Source: Chitinophagales bacterium
Lineage (GTDB): Bacteria; Bacteroidota; Bacteroidia; Chitinophagales; CAIOSU01
DNA: 64,000 bases
Reading direction: 5' to 3'
Assembly (NCBI GenBank): GCA_026003335.1
Contig: BPHB01000004.1
Location: 2,316-66,315, forward strand
Part shown: piece after piece, positions 51,001-60,547 of the stretch
How positions within the stretch are numbered: the stretch's first letter is position 1
Layout: each line of letters starts with the position of its first letter
Notes under the pieces: model-generated
What the model was told of the DNA's origin: nothing
The model's input: the letters and a program-made list of their open reading frames with translations, nothing else
Databases searched by the model: none
Program-made: the position numbers and the translations under genes

Positions 51001-54000
51001 GGAAGGTACTGTCCGTAAGAAGATATACGACATGATAAAGGGGTCCTCATCTAATGGTCAGTGGGATGAGAAGAAGTACATAGAAGCGATCATGCTGCTA
51101 CATGCGGTGGCTATCAATGACTCAGACATGGCTTACAAGATAGATAAATCAATCAATAGTGAAGATGTAGCAGCAGAGTCAGACTCCCTCCGTGAAGACT
51201 TAATACGTATAGTCGGTATGATCGCTGAGCGGTATGGGTTAAGCCGTGAGTTGGCTGGCATGGACAATGAAAGCCAAATAAATACCGCTCATGCTTATGC
51301 TATGAGTTCGGCTTTTGCAAGGGTGTATGGTAATGAGTTGTTCCGTGGCCGTGGTATACGTATGATCCTGTCCGGTGCCACTGAGCTTTCGGAAGTAGTG
51401 GAGGTATTCAAAAAGAATGAAGAGACGGGCGAATATGAAAGCTTCGTATATACGAAGCATGATGCGATGAAGCTTGGGTATGTGGAAGGCTCAATTGAAC
51501 TGGACGAAGTGTCCGGATTGCCTAAGCTTAAAGTGAAACCCAAGCCTTCATCAGGGGATGTCCGTGTGATCATACGTCCTCTTCAAGGGCACAGGCTCTT
51601 GAAAGTAGGTAAAGGGGGTATGCTTGAGACACTGGCAGATGATGAATTAAAGCGCCTGAGAGAGGAATATGAAGAAGTGAACACAAGCGTTTTGACGGCA
51701 GAGGATGCTGTTGAAGCGCTGAAAGCAAAACAATGGGATAAGTACCGGGTGGTAAAAGGGGAGATCGTCTTAGGTAATATCTTCCTTACCGATTTCCTCA
51801 TGCGTAGCGGCATGACCATCGCCGACTACGACAAGGACTACATCATGTTCACACAGCTTGTCGATGAAGCCGGCTTGACAAGCCGCTATATGGCAGACCC
51901 CCACCAATCACCGGAGTCTTTTGTCAATCGACGGTCAGTGTTTATGGCTGAGATAAAACATATAGTGGATGAAGAGGGAAATCCTGTAAAACTGGGGGAT
52001 TTGTTAGTGAGTGAGAAACGAGGTGAAGAGACGGTCTTTTATCCCAAAGTAGACGTAAGCAAGCTGTCTAAGTACAAGGTTAAATTCAATACGGAAGTAA
52101 AATCAAGACGTAAGGAAGAGAAGAAGAAAGTCAAGCCTACCAAAGCCAATAAGAAGATATCCAATGCAAATAGCGCGGGGCTTACGGATGTGCTCGTATC
52201 TAATGACATGCAATTAGATGAGTACATGCAGACAATTACTTCTGCGGTTCAGAAGTCATTTGATAAAGCTCTCAACTCATTGCTTGCTACGCGTATCCCC
52301 GTGTCTAACATGAATGCCATCCGTTCATACCGTGTCGTCGGCTTTGTCGATGCTGCCAATATCGTCTTCATCCCTTCTGAGTATATGTTCATCGCCGGTG
52401 AGGACGCCGACGGTGACGCCCTCACGACCCAGATTCTGGATACCGTGGCCGGCATACAGAAATCCACCTTGCGTAATAAAGAATTGATGAGAAAAGAGGA
52501 ATTGTTGTATAACCGTCTCAACTTCCTCTCGACCATCTTTGAATTGGATATCGATGATACCATCAAGTCGTTCGCTGACATGTATGACCGCGTCTACGGG
52601 GAAAGCAAGGTGGACAAGGCTCAGACTATGTTTATGATGTCGCAGGCAGCTGCACGTAGTAATACCAACACCGTATCACGAAAGTTGATTGGATTGAATG
52701 TGAAGATGGTGGAAGCACTGATGTTGCTACGTTCGGCTGCCGTAAAAAGCGGTATGACGGACGCCCTTGAGATGGCTATTGCCTCTGCTTTATTCCGCAA
52801 TCCGGAAGAGGGAGAGAGCATACCTTTTGTTAATAAGATACGCGGGGTAAGGACAGACAGCAAAGGCAACCGCCTCACTTTTGAGACAGGCATGGTGTTG
52901 AACCCACAAGTTGAAGCCCCGATATATGTTGAAGGCAAGGAAGAGAAATACAAACGCCAAGCCTTGCTTGTACAGCTCTTTGAACGCTATTTGAACATAG
53001 CCCTTGACGCTAACAAGTACGACCTGTCAAAGATGAACCTGTCCGTGGATACGGGGCAGTATATCGTATCCCTGCTTGCGATAGGGATGCCGGAACCGTT
53101 CGTTCAGGGCTTCATCCTGTCTCCGTTAATGGTGGCCTTGGTTCGTGCAGCGAACGCCTCCGGCAAGGACTTGGCTTCCGTCCTGCGCTATAACGTAGGT
53201 AGTTCGATGATGGAGGATGTCATGCGCTCGGCTACGGACGTGATGTTGTCTTCGCCTAAAGGGCGGGATATGATGTATAAAGCCATACTGAGTGACGGCA
53301 GCGTTGATTTAGATGTGGTAACACGATACGTTAAGGAGGTAGCTGAAGCGACCGGCGTATTCAGTATAGAGTATGATGAGAAAACATATAATGTATCCAT
53401 CTCTGATGACATAAAAGTAGTGATAGCCAATGCCATCGCCCGCCGTGGGGTGAAGCGGGTAACTCCTGCTATATTGAGAGATGCCATCACGGATGCCATG
53501 CGCCCTTACTATAAGAGCATGGTTGAAGTGTTGAATGTGGCTGACCGGGTACGGCGCAGCATCCAGAATGTAATATCAGTGCTTGAGACCTTCCAAGACC
53601 AAGCCTCCGACCATTATAAGTTCGCAATGCAGTTCTTGAAGGTGACGCGGTCGCTGATTTCAAATCCAAGTGCTTCCTATAATACGTCACTGTATGAGGC
53701 GCTTGTCAAAGGGACAGGGGTGCCTACGCTCCTCCGGTCTATGCTGAAAGGCTCTTCTTTCTTCCGTAAGGGGGTATCTACCTTCGTTGAGCGTGATGCT
53801 TTCGTATCCTCATTCTTTGACTTCATGAGTGCCGATGTGATCCGGGCTATGGCTACCATGTTCAACATACGTGGTACACGAAACTCAAAGAAAGTACGCC
53901 TTGTCATGGAGGCGATACAACGGATGGTATCGGTAGAGTATATTACCAAAGTATTTTCTGATGAAGAAAACATAAAAGAAGTAATTAACATACTGAAAGA

Positions 54001-57000
54001 AGACAAGACACCGGCTACGCGTAATATATCACAACAGTTATTGAAGGACATAGAGTCGGTCATGAACGACCAGACAATGAGTCCCCTTGATAAGTCGATA
54101 GCCGTAGCCTACGCCTTATCTGCCCGCTTTGCATTCGCCTTGCGTGCTGTCCTCCCTTCATATAGCGACTTCAACATAATCCTTGACGACCGTGGGGAGA
54201 TAGTGACCGTGCGTATAGGTTCTGAGTTCGGGATGGATGCAAGCACCAAAGCCCGTAATTACACGATAATATCCGGGGTGGTGAAGAACTCTCCCGTACT
54301 TGCATTGATGGCTTATGCCCATGTGATGATGACGAACCCTACCGACTCAGGGTTTGGCCGTGCTATCCTTGAAGTGATGTCCAATCCCCCGGCACCGTAC
54401 AATAAGATACGCTATACCCGGTTTATAAATGAATCCTCAATCATGAGGAAAGTCCGTGACTTCGCAGATAAAGTGAATAACCTGCCTAAGTACTCTGCGA
54501 TGGATCTCATCCATTCTATAGGCAAAGACCTCACTTACCTGCTTGCTATCAATGAGATGGTCTATGCTTCAAATAAAAACCTGAGTCTCCTTGACTCTCT
54601 TGATATCACCGTAACCCGCATGAGTGGGGGTGGCTTCCGCTATCGTACTAACCGCCGGAAGGTGTCATTCTCCGGTAACCTGTATGTGAAACGTTTCATC
54701 ATCAAATCGCCTCCTCATGATGTAACCGGAGAAGTAGTATCGTATGATGATGAGGAACGCCGTCTGACCGATATAGTGATAGCTCAGGTGGGGATACCCT
54801 ATTCTTTCTCTCTAAGCCAAAACAAGACGTTAGTGGGTCTCCGGGATTTCATGTATATGAAATCGAAGATGAGCTCTTATCCTATCATATACTACAAACC
54901 TAAATTATCCACACTGAACCCCTTCTTGTATACGATACTGAGGGGGGTAAGGATTGAGGATACGGAAGAGGATGTCAGTGTGGTGAAGAATCTTACTGAC
55001 CTTGATTACTTCACTGCTTTCGCTTATGTGGATAAATACCTGACAACGGAGATAGGGCGTAGTCTGAAGAACCTCTTATTCAGAGATAAAAAAGCAAATA
55101 CCGCATTCAATAAGTTCGTTCACCGTCTGTTCAGGGATATCATCAAGTCGAATGTGAAATTGCCTGAGACAGATGATGATACTGTTATCTTGAATGCCTT
55201 GCGTGATTATGTGAAAGACAAGATAGAGGGAGATACTGGCTCTTTGAAGAAATACATGGGACAGGGATTGAGGCAGGAAGCAGCAGAGGCTATTGCCCAG
55301 CTGCTATTGAAGATCATGAAAGTATCGGAAGACCCTGTCTTCTCAGAACTGATAAGAGAGATAGAGACGAAAGCCGGGACTGCCGGCTTTGGAGTCCTGC
55401 AGCGTAACATCATGACGCTGTTATTCTTCCGTGGCATCTTGCGTGCCGGCATGGAAGAACGGATAAGAGAGGAACGGGAAGCCAAGGCTGATGAAGAAGG
55501 CGTCCCGGCGGATCAAAATCAAGGAGATGGTAATGAGCAAGAGGAAGACGCAGTGCTCTCCGATACCATAGGGTTAGGCATCAAGGAAGCATTTGCGGCC
55601 ATTGCCCGCGGTTCTTCAAGCGTGGACTTGTTTGAAGGATATGAGAAGGACAATGAAGTGATTACGGATGAGCGTCTCTTATATCTTGACACTGCATACC
55701 GTATCATGGCAGAGTCATTGAGAGACATCATCACGTCTGTATCCAAGGAAAGAGGGGAGGTAGAGAAGACATCCATGATGACACGTACCGACTATGCCGT
55801 ACTTAGCCGGATAGCCAACTTACCTAAGTTGAAAAAACTGCCTAAGGAGAAGCGCGTTGAGATCGTTGGCGAAGAAGAGTTGGCACAATACATAGACAGC
55901 AACATAGATACCGATAACGATGCATATGTGCAAGACATCATAGGGGCGTCAACGGCTTCCCAAGAGGCAGACAGCACGGACAAGTATAGTATCAAGATAG
56001 TGCCTAAGATGACTAAGTTTGGCATCTGGGACGTGAGTATGAGCAATACCGTCGACGGGAAAAAAGCAAAAATCAATTTTGTAAATATCAATGCAGTCCT
56101 TGCCAGTGATGATAACGAATTGCAAAACAGCGTCTTGTTGAAGACACCTCATGTCGGTCTTGAAGACATAACCACCCTCCTTGGATACATGGAAGGGGAA
56201 GAGATCAAGTATAAACCCTTGCTGTACAAAGCATATGAAAAAGTGGTTATTAAGAGGGAACGACGTCAGCAGGATAAAAAACAAGTTGATGTAGCCCTGC
56301 TTGAGATGGCTGATGAATCAGGGGTGCTGATTAACGCTTCGATAGAGCATATATCCAAGTCATTAGGGATTGATGTAGAGACTTATCATGACCCTGAATC
56401 CCCCGTAAAAGGCTATGTTAGAGACGGTAAGGTATTTATTAACACGGCAAGAGCCACGATTGACACCCCTTGGCATGAGGTGTCCCACCTGTTCTATGCC
56501 GTCTTGAAGGAAGAGAATACTCCTTTGTTTAACCGCATACGCAGAGCTATCCTTAACGGCAACGTCCCGGTGTCTGTCCTCCGGTCACTGGGGGTAAATA
56601 GCATAGACGAACTCATGGCTAAGCTGCGTGAAGAGTATGCGGAAGGGGACGTGGAAGAGGAAGCCATAGTGACGGTGCTTGGGGTGATGGCAGGGAAGAG
56701 ACAGCTGGCATCCCGGACGCTGCTTGGGCGTATGATACAGGCGGCAAAAGAAGCATTCTATAAAATATTGAATGCGATAGGACTTGGTACCTATCCCTAT
56801 GTGCTACTTGAGAATGCCGTGTCCGATATGATGTCCGGGCGCTATCGTACCTCCCGTGAGATGTCCCGTTTCTTAGGGCTGAAATACAGTAAGGAGCTTG
56901 ATAAAACTAAACCGTTCTATTCGTTCATAAAAAACAACGGACTCACGCTTGATGAACGCATAGAAGCAGCCATCCGCTCATCCAACCCTGCGGTAGATGA

Positions 57001-60000
57001 GGCCTCTGCTCACGTAGCCGGATATAAGGTGAAATTATTAAAAGCAGATGTTGAGTCCTCTATAGCGAACGCCAAAAAGGTGGTGGGGGATATGCTGTCT
57101 CACGACAAGATCACAAGCATCCTCTCCAAGACAGATAAAGCCTTGGACCCGGCTACTTCGCTTGCTGAGCATCTGCGTATGTTCTCAATCATACGGAACG
57201 AGAAGAACCAAGCCCGTAAGAAGTACAACATACCGAGAAGCAAAGTATCACGTTTCATTTATTTCATACGGCGCATCACCACTAATATGGCTGGGCGTAC
57301 GTATGCCTTACAGTTGAACAAAGACAACTTAGTCAAGGTATTTGGGGTGGATGCCGAACTGGCGGAAGCTATCATGTCGCTATGGGGCGGCGGAGATAGC
57401 TATATCATCATGCGTCCGGTGGGTAAGCGCCTTGTAGTGAATATATTCAATATGATCACTTCCTATTCAATTGAGGAGAGTGAACACCTGTTGAAGAAGC
57501 TGATTAAAAGTAAAAAATGGAATGCAATCGCTTCAAGCATTGGCGTGGACTTCACAAACAGCGAACAAGACCTTGCTACGCTGAGGTCTGCTTTGTTGTA
57601 CGCGGCATTGAGAAATGCAAAGCAAATAAATCATATGGAGCTTGGTGATGGCTCTTTTGATATCAGCTTCGGTTCTATCGTCAATTATGACACTTCAACG
57701 AACTACATAGCAGAAGCACATCCAACTTCCGCCTACCAGTTCTTTGTCCGGGCTGCACAGCGGCTGTCACGCATGCGTTCAGCATTGCCTGATGTGCTTG
57801 TTCAATTCGCTGATAACCTGACTGATGATGCTTCTGTGATCTTTAAAAAAGACTTCCTCGCTGAGTTCTTCATGTCAATGGATTCATTCCTGTCGGCAGA
57901 GAATGTGGATAATGACTTCGTAAAAGACAACATAGAGAGCTTATCATCTACCCTCTATGCCCTGTATACCGACATGGGTGAATCCAGTCAAATGACTGCT
58001 TTGCTTGGCAAGGCAAGACGGCTTGTGATTAACATCATGTCTTACATAAACAGCAAGACGGCAAACCCTGAAAACGATGAAGCCTTCTCAATGTTGTCTC
58101 AGCTATTATTACAATTAGACTCATTCGATGGCGACATATTTGCAAACCCGGAACAAGACATCAGTAAGCTAAGCTACATGATGACGCCTGCATTGCAGAC
58201 GACAAACCCTGTCCTTGCTTTCTTTAACAGGGTTAATGCGCGTATCAATACCGTCCGTGCCCAGCTGTTTAAAGAGGTGTCGGACGATATAAGAGAGGCG
58301 GTAAGTAAGTACAAAGAGAAGATGTCCGGGAAAGGGATACAAGGAGAAGGGGATAAGTATGAACGCTTATTTAAGTATGAAGAGCGTGTCGTAAACGGAG
58401 AGAAAGTAAAGATCAATACATATAAGCTTATTTGGAAGACAGACCCGGAATGGTCGTCGCTGTCAAAAGAAGAGCAAGACTTTATCATCAAGACGAACGA
58501 ATTACTTGAACAGGAAGTCAGACGTTCAGTGATGTCCAAGTTCCTGCATGAGGGCTTCTCATCGGAAGAAGCCGAAGGCATGGTTGAAGCGTGGATGGAA
58601 TCGAACTACGTGCCCGGCTTGCTCCCTGTGTATGACAGCAAGCTGATAGAAGCCTTGTATAATAACCTGTTATACAACCGTGAACGTATATCGCAAGCCT
58701 TCTCCGGATTCAGCTATAATGAACGTGTGAAGGTGGGCGAAAACAGCTTCCACTTAAAGAACATGCTTTTGGCGCAATACGACGGAAGCTCAAAATACGG
58801 ATCCATCTACAGGCAGAAGATGTTGGGTCTCTTGGGGAATGAGGTTGACATTGAACGGAATAAGTCCCTGACCAAAGACATAGGCAAGATACTGCTTACA
58901 TCTGCTTTCTTCTCTGTCAAGTACTCTTTATACAAAGAGCTGGAGGTGATATACAGGGCAGCAAGAGCCTTGCTGATTGCCCGGGAGCGTATGACAGGCT
59001 ATCAGCTTGGGAATATCTTGACGCAGCTCGATGATATAGCTCAGGCGGTCATCTATGGACGCCGTCTCAAGACATCGCCTACCTCTACCGAACGTGCCGT
59101 CGGCAAGCTGGTACAGGTGGTGAATAACGTATCGACGGTGATGCTCTTGGGTATGTCGGTAAAGACCGCAACGGCCAACTTGTTGTCAGGGGTGCAGGCT
59201 ATCCTGCGTGATACGCTCATAAAGAATAAAGGGACAGACCGCTTCCAAGATGCAGACGTCCGTTTCGCAGTAAATGAGCTGACTAATCACTTTGATAAAG
59301 TGATGGCCGTGCTCCGGGCATCTGGCATATTCCAAGCTGACGATATAGACTTGCTTACCAAGCGGTTCTGGGGTAATAACAAAGATAAGTTCACAATCAA
59401 TGATCTCTTTATCATGGATGAGTTCGGTGACCGCATGCTGAGAGGCGTACTCACCGTAGCTCAGATGAGAAGGGATGGGCTCTACGACGGATTTGTGTAT
59501 GACAAAGAGACAGGCAAGCTATCGTATGATGAATCGAAGCTGTTTAATGACAAACCTAAGGATGAGCGTGAATTACTCATTAAATATATCAAAGACAAGC
59601 AAAAGATTGAGGGGGTAGGCGATGGCAAGACCTTGCAGCATCCTTTCTATTCAACCATCAGCGCCCGCCTGCAAGGTATTGTCAATGAGACTCTGGGTAG
59701 CTTCTCTGACGTGGATAAAGCTGCCGTTTCAACGAACGCTATCTTCGCTTCCGTGATGAAACTACGGACGTACCTGTTCACCATGTATGCCCGTGCCGTG
59801 TCACCTGAAAAATACAATCCGTCGATCAAGAAACTCGTAGTGAAAGAGGGTGAGGTGATGGAGCTCAACTCATTTGAAGTAGGCATTATCACTTCTCTGA
59901 AGAAAGCCCTGGTGTATGCTTTCACAAAAGACGAATGGGATAATTCACCGCTTACTGATGAGGATAAGCGTAATATAAACATCACCTTGTATACACTCAT

Positions 60001-60547
60001 ACTGTTTGCGTCGATGTACTTCATAGGTGCATTCGCTATGGGTGATGATGATGACGACCCCCGGACCAAGAACTTGGCTCAGCGCCTGTATATGAACATG
60101 ATGGATGATATCTTGTCGATAATGTTCGTAGGGAATGTGCATGGTATATTGTCTAACCCACTCATCACTTACAGCTTCGTTACACGCGTAGCAAGGGGCC
60201 TGTGGGGGTTGATTTCCCTTGACTGGCGCAAGACAGGCAACTCTCTCGTGTCGTCGGTAGGTTTCATTAACAGCTTGGATGCGCTGGTCGCTACCTTCTA
60301 TCCGTTGAAGCCTACGATCGGAGAATCGATGGCGGTATGGTCTGATAACATACGTGAGATGCTTGGGCTGCAGCGCCTTGAAGACAAGATAAAAGAGAAG
60401 CAGCGTGAATCGGCTATACGTGGGCGTATCAGAGCGAAGCTGAGAGCGCTGTATGAAGAGGGAGAGATTACATTAGAGGAATATCAGTATTATTATGAAG
60501 CAGAACTCGAGAAGTATGGTTTAAGCCGCAAAAACTGGATAGAGTAA
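42080..60547 (+). CDS. giant virion RNA polymerase polyprotein (two-barrel type) with two zincin motifs
   Basis: 6155 aa. RIP...VVGF...IP...GEDADGD (52403-52417) parallels the crAss virion RNAP catalytic region. HEAIH at 44324 and HEVSH at 56474. Confidence 0.8.
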   Translation: MACLDKDTLFSLVFDLTDIVEDAKSKVAAAIKQAVKSDKEDVLNKAIEEVISTSPVQYRPGKINESDGASPVLIKLADMNAAGSGHFSFTLDDFFEAVKKASSKEHVRAINYAIEKFGGKGGLVSFVNGLADIGNGYYIKIVDGREYTSPLFPPNFFYNIEKEGRMRNLLAIGTYKNGDFEPIASLGFTRRSVKFGKPDDPGLFYIRFDPRRFAQPDIGTYVDKENYKKGKRRHDITISKLRENLGDGVSMSDVMIYHKDSFAGDDLKRLYPFLKDGTPFVVIGYEGGGRDAGTNRDLFITLMNRPDNYKELMREYKLSGITDILPYVSLLRVSAYVDLYDENGALSDDFLEAYRIAFSNLIGYYSDKKGRPTPLEISFVDKSKKIIEDKAIFKDPHRYKIVDATALQYINRSNIFRKERIQDNALYVLTHYIRQGLEKLHKAKNEDLSPELLRLKRELDTGGWLGYVNKLLSTYDILRINGNRDIRINHYPIVYMAALMSRNYNEFFGGIDSVPEEKERISVRRSVQEVTPAPNKQTIEVPAEDKRKFLLNIIYDNPGDLKSGMRLIPAATFMEDFVTTRESGIGIPMISSSNPIHAKAEKKVESDKAAGVEVVTAADLDKEVDDSDTVTSVQEMDDFLDPFAGESDVFIDEGETPPAQKPNSGWFNNTISSDDGMSLRRVDLNDGISYEHDVEYVSGIINDLFDGKVEVSFADSLFYRGSALHGLATKASIVLRKEHDKASRRVAVHEAIHQLKYFLSPDRYEALLAETADDALRLKGDDISKATKKEKEEYLARWVEEYVDKFLDDIILGNYYKIRRRLPSAIKRVLDILVNLYFRALKALGVLDSNAPINTLFTLFSGELQDTEVKPVSESFDTRMDDSPVYKVMNAMYDATRSVLKGAYAATNDMAKRLSKEAKSLYDDKQANTLLFELLYASKTEVVQNVLNKLINAHGKFNYPPADINNTIALLNYYKQADLPPEEKQAGIRIFTKKLHNIINLLTVTDYGIFDYAAIPGDISESKSYLKGFIEFAKKQELFGVDRFGEYDISDAKTAARFLGEYRPGALSAYLFAMAYVDLYNQKLKESNIDLPEITVNDLYLYNRETGSSHNVIITGSFLFASLLSDQDNAKKLMRSPFASEVLHRFIKLSVPLMDESSLRILYTQIMNKDGDVEFVDGKVVTKLDKAKEEGIKEVEEANIEEIYDNIEDFIEDILLYYRENIENTVIASDEVTWRDQEEQMTFNFSGAIRFLVSSTPILNYNTLGVSKSAKLLDSKAQSKVVDIKRLMSSIKEGGSKEKAQAFLKKVREDMESGRGAPILRKMKDNNGDDLYIFENYDLRGTNKALREAFYDFSTITYSTYSNSDIVTLGKLLQLSIGYVNDYIELAKIAGEEITKDTYIEAFNYAFSQSGKAGLEFHRFFSSFFVHYVLPALDDNKKLRSLMVTYNSDYIAKTLSSVLPALRSLKESVSEDPDLNTPEINELIDKVIGRKGKMSYVYTLYNTKRAEYERNVKEGLTQLLSYYPFEHLEVDLTDSDIIKQEDVKSGIKIEKVGAAELLANKLINLFFRKASTGDDFFFGEMVYGHGKSAKQYQLLEAFNNEYIPSVAHIASTVSSHYGYLTASGVKKGPMISDNLSLDKFFDPVSKVNLLSALHGEELSPAAGLGVGFITSKRVKAQLLSVLRSKEIKELPTSKDAVDTVIKEYTTQFGTKYKVIGVGEVQVAYLGEIHSFKESHRSVFSVNYGDNTFVIRTMDVSDLPERIANKLSLKYSEGSHGKLGMTESDEAVRVMSSLANTFFSPTDYGFVDVKSFLNAFVSNVFNALYYYFEGDEEPDNKYEKRIRDSVLSSVYKLGEFTVESSAYTMQTLAAANNVIRLESGDTINPYSLYNVAHGVSRTYGMGVAPLRFERVKGLELPAPKYVTEAGYGSVSEAVGAGHLRGKAAIVASVKSILDNTWHSVDDMKDHDFAVMSYFGIFSIPAVGKKTFLSLLNSMAYDKEQSWQFREKYFPAVVAEIYAVIKGIEEIEVPDTAGLASMVNEIESYYKSLVGKDERSAMLELRSKDLIPGVTFSMSVENGKVKSLSLPDALMKMIEPLMKGRRDVFVTNILDTVIKDVEGLFEMMVGEAPLSSGALVDIASELAMGQTNKKLDVITTLAVEYTYYNAVKGYLSSGDLSYLAPWASKRGMERLNAMILEGKQRGESESEIRAKVALFVLGSAADGEGAHFSVKLPFLSPTVYIKNDGAANAVEQFLEDLVEGKKDILNELARNTSDGSAMLIEELTVDDLLSKLLGEAYEPANNNDTQLKVSETKAYKQSVFREAISDALHHSETANQAYTFVLLLELIDSYRNHIKEEYRHYMATAANQTLKSLLTQLRSRERNKIVDDEDGGLKRDERVASVLYKLIYTGYNSTLYRSPVSVWKDTVVKEAERSGYIDYIRSITGNASSIEEFVSILKDRVGKELIDYMDGSSFMLPAEVSEGVFENSEYRAILIKGFYNFLDLLSDPGTRNEVLTKDGQDAFRKGRIEEILLGFFDKGSAYGANVKFSPAFYRKFDAIIDRYLFRHASMIDATRSEVVLEGAPYLPSDNRAKRGGVESGFSTDYGFNNLQAWHMGIAFFSAAVSYLGNPLQFGSIENMVKRYIYVQTSHSRVFPAPIPYLYSGNLLRSDIPQKGRAVVFKGHTFNEFPFYASFDYGATSKSMPADQAFGRGYNFHNHLSSLGIVKPATNEVNDGGGYALPYVVGNILGLESKLAPIYKDTVTQPYNKFGGFSAFIKHALVGITPYIALNFSDRAWNVLHTLSRSENEDLHNELSGIFKQKLDEYLSKHNKDNTKAAIDFLAWLSSNDGAEAIEKVYVRHIKDLKYTMAIPPSGTKIAKNYYELDLSQIADEDAKVIDTASIEFDIENFGQVTNLHQDIGSKTDIILPRQHKQVLQATAANISLYEDIEEIYAEILDNKRVVIGSILLSVLKHGAKEGTVRKKIYDMIKGSSSNGQWDEKKYIEAIMLLHAVAINDSDMAYKIDKSINSEDVAAESDSLREDLIRIVGMIAERYGLSRELAGMDNESQINTAHAYAMSSAFARVYGNELFRGRGIRMILSGATELSEVVEVFKKNEETGEYESFVYTKHDAMKLGYVEGSIELDEVSGLPKLKVKPKPSSGDVRVIIRPLQGHRLLKVGKGGMLETLADDELKRLREEYEEVNTSVLTAEDAVEALKAKQWDKYRVVKGEIVLGNIFLTDFLMRSGMTIADYDKDYIMFTQLVDEAGLTSRYMADPHQSPESFVNRRSVFMAEIKHIVDEEGNPVKLGDLLVSEKRGEETVFYPKVDVSKLSKYKVKFNTEVKSRRKEEKKKVKPTKANKKISNANSAGLTDVLVSNDMQLDEYMQTITSAVQKSFDKALNSLLATRIPVSNMNAIRSYRVVGFVDAANIVFIPSEYMFIAGEDADGDALTTQILDTVAGIQKSTLRNKELMRKEELLYNRLNFLSTIFELDIDDTIKSFADMYDRVYGESKVDKAQTMFMMSQAAARSNTNTVSRKLIGLNVKMVEALMLLRSAAVKSGMTDALEMAIASALFRNPEEGESIPFVNKIRGVRTDSKGNRLTFETGMVLNPQVEAPIYVEGKEEKYKRQALLVQLFERYLNIALDANKYDLSKMNLSVDTGQYIVSLLAIGMPEPFVQGFILSPLMVALVRAANASGKDLASVLRYNVGSSMMEDVMRSATDVMLSSPKGRDMMYKAILSDGSVDLDVVTRYVKEVAEATGVFSIEYDEKTYNVSISDDIKVVIANAIARRGVKRVTPAILRDAITDAMRPYYKSMVEVLNVADRVRRSIQNVISVLETFQDQASDHYKFAMQFLKVTRSLISNPSASYNTSLYEALVKGTGVPTLLRSMLKGSSFFRKGVSTFVERDAFVSSFFDFMSADVIRAMATMFNIRGTRNSKKVRLVMEAIQRMVSVEYITKVFSDEENIKEVINILKEDKTPATRNISQQLLKDIESVMNDQTMSPLDKSIAVAYALSARFAFALRAVLPSYSDFNIILDDRGEIVTVRIGSEFGMDASTKARNYTIISGVVKNSPVLALMAYAHVMMTNPTDSGFGRAILEVMSNPPAPYNKIRYTRFINESSIMRKVRDFADKVNNLPKYSAMDLIHSIGKDLTYLLAINEMVYASNKNLSLLDSLDITVTRMSGGGFRYRTNRRKVSFSGNLYVKRFIIKSPPHDVTGEVVSYDDEERRLTDIVIAQVGIPYSFSLSQNKTLVGLRDFMYMKSKMSSYPIIYYKPKLSTLNPFLYTILRGVRIEDTEEDVSVVKNLTDLDYFTAFAYVDKYLTTEIGRSLKNLLFRDKKANTAFNKFVHRLFRDIIKSNVKLPETDDDTVILNALRDYVKDKIEGDTGSLKKYMGQGLRQEAAEAIAQLLLKIMKVSEDPVFSELIREIETKAGTAGFGVLQRNIMTLLFFRGILRAGMEERIREEREAKADEEGVPADQNQGDGNEQEEDAVLSDTIGLGIKEAFAAIARGSSSVDLFEGYEKDNEVITDERLLYLDTAYRIMAESLRDIITSVSKERGEVEKTSMMTRTDYAVLSRIANLPKLKKLPKEKRVEIVGEEELAQYIDSNIDTDNDAYVQDIIGASTASQEADSTDKYSIKIVPKMTKFGIWDVSMSNTVDGKKAKINFVNINAVLASDDNELQNSVLLKTPHVGLEDITTLLGYMEGEEIKYKPLLYKAYEKVVIKRERRQQDKKQVDVALLEMADESGVLINASIEHISKSLGIDVETYHDPESPVKGYVRDGKVFINTARATIDTPWHEVSHLFYAVLKEENTPLFNRIRRAILNGNVPVSVLRSLGVNSIDELMAKLREEYAEGDVEEEAIVTVLGVMAGKRQLASRTLLGRMIQAAKEAFYKILNAIGLGTYPYVLLENAVSDMMSGRYRTSREMSRFLGLKYSKELDKTKPFYSFIKNNGLTLDERIEAAIRSSNPAVDEASAHVAGYKVKLLKADVESSIANAKKVVGDMLSHDKITSILSKTDKALDPATSLAEHLRMFSIIRNEKNQARKKYNIPRSKVSRFIYFIRRITTNMAGRTYALQLNKDNLVKVFGVDAELAEAIMSLWGGGDSYIIMRPVGKRLVVNIFNMITSYSIEESEHLLKKLIKSKKWNAIASSIGVDFTNSEQDLATLRSALLYAALRNAKQINHMELGDGSFDISFGSIVNYDTSTNYIAEAHPTSAYQFFVRAAQRLSRMRSALPDVLVQFADNLTDDASVIFKKDFLAEFFMSMDSFLSAENVDNDFVKDNIESLSSTLYALYTDMGESSQMTALLGKARRLVINIMSYINSKTANPENDEAFSMLSQLLLQLDSFDGDIFANPEQDISKLSYMMTPALQTTNPVLAFFNRVNARINTVRAQLFKEVSDDIREAVSKYKEKMSGKGIQGEGDKYERLFKYEERVVNGEKVKINTYKLIWKTDPEWSSLSKEEQDFIIKTNELLEQEVRRSVMSKFLHEGFSSEEAEGMVEAWMESNYVPGLLPVYDSKLIEALYNNLLYNRERISQAFSGFSYNERVKVGENSFHLKNMLLAQYDGSSKYGSIYRQKMLGLLGNEVDIERNKSLTKDIGKILLTSAFFSVKYSLYKELEVIYRAARALLIARERMTGYQLGNILTQLDDIAQAVIYGRRLKTSPTSTERAVGKLVQVVNNVSTVMLLGMSVKTATANLLSGVQAILRDTLIKNKGTDRFQDADVRFAVNELTNHFDKVMAVLRASGIFQADDIDLLTKRFWGNNKDKFTINDLFIMDEFGDRMLRGVLTVAQMRRDGLYDGFVYDKETGKLSYDESKLFNDKPKDERELLIKYIKDKQKIEGVGDGKTLQHPFYSTISARLQGIVNETLGSFSDVDKAAVSTNAIFASVMKLRTYLFTMYARAVSPEKYNPSIKKLVVKEGEVMELNSFEVGIITSLKKALVYAFTKDEWDNSPLTDEDKRNINITLYTLILFASMYFIGAFAMGDDDDDPRTKNLAQRLYMNMMDDILSIMFVGNVHGILSNPLITYSFVTRVARGLWGLISLDWRKTGNSLVSSVGFINSLDALVATFYPLKPTIGESMAVWSDNIREMLGLQRLEDKIKEKQRESAIRGRIRAKLRALYEEGEITLEEYQYYYEAELEKYGLSRKNWIE

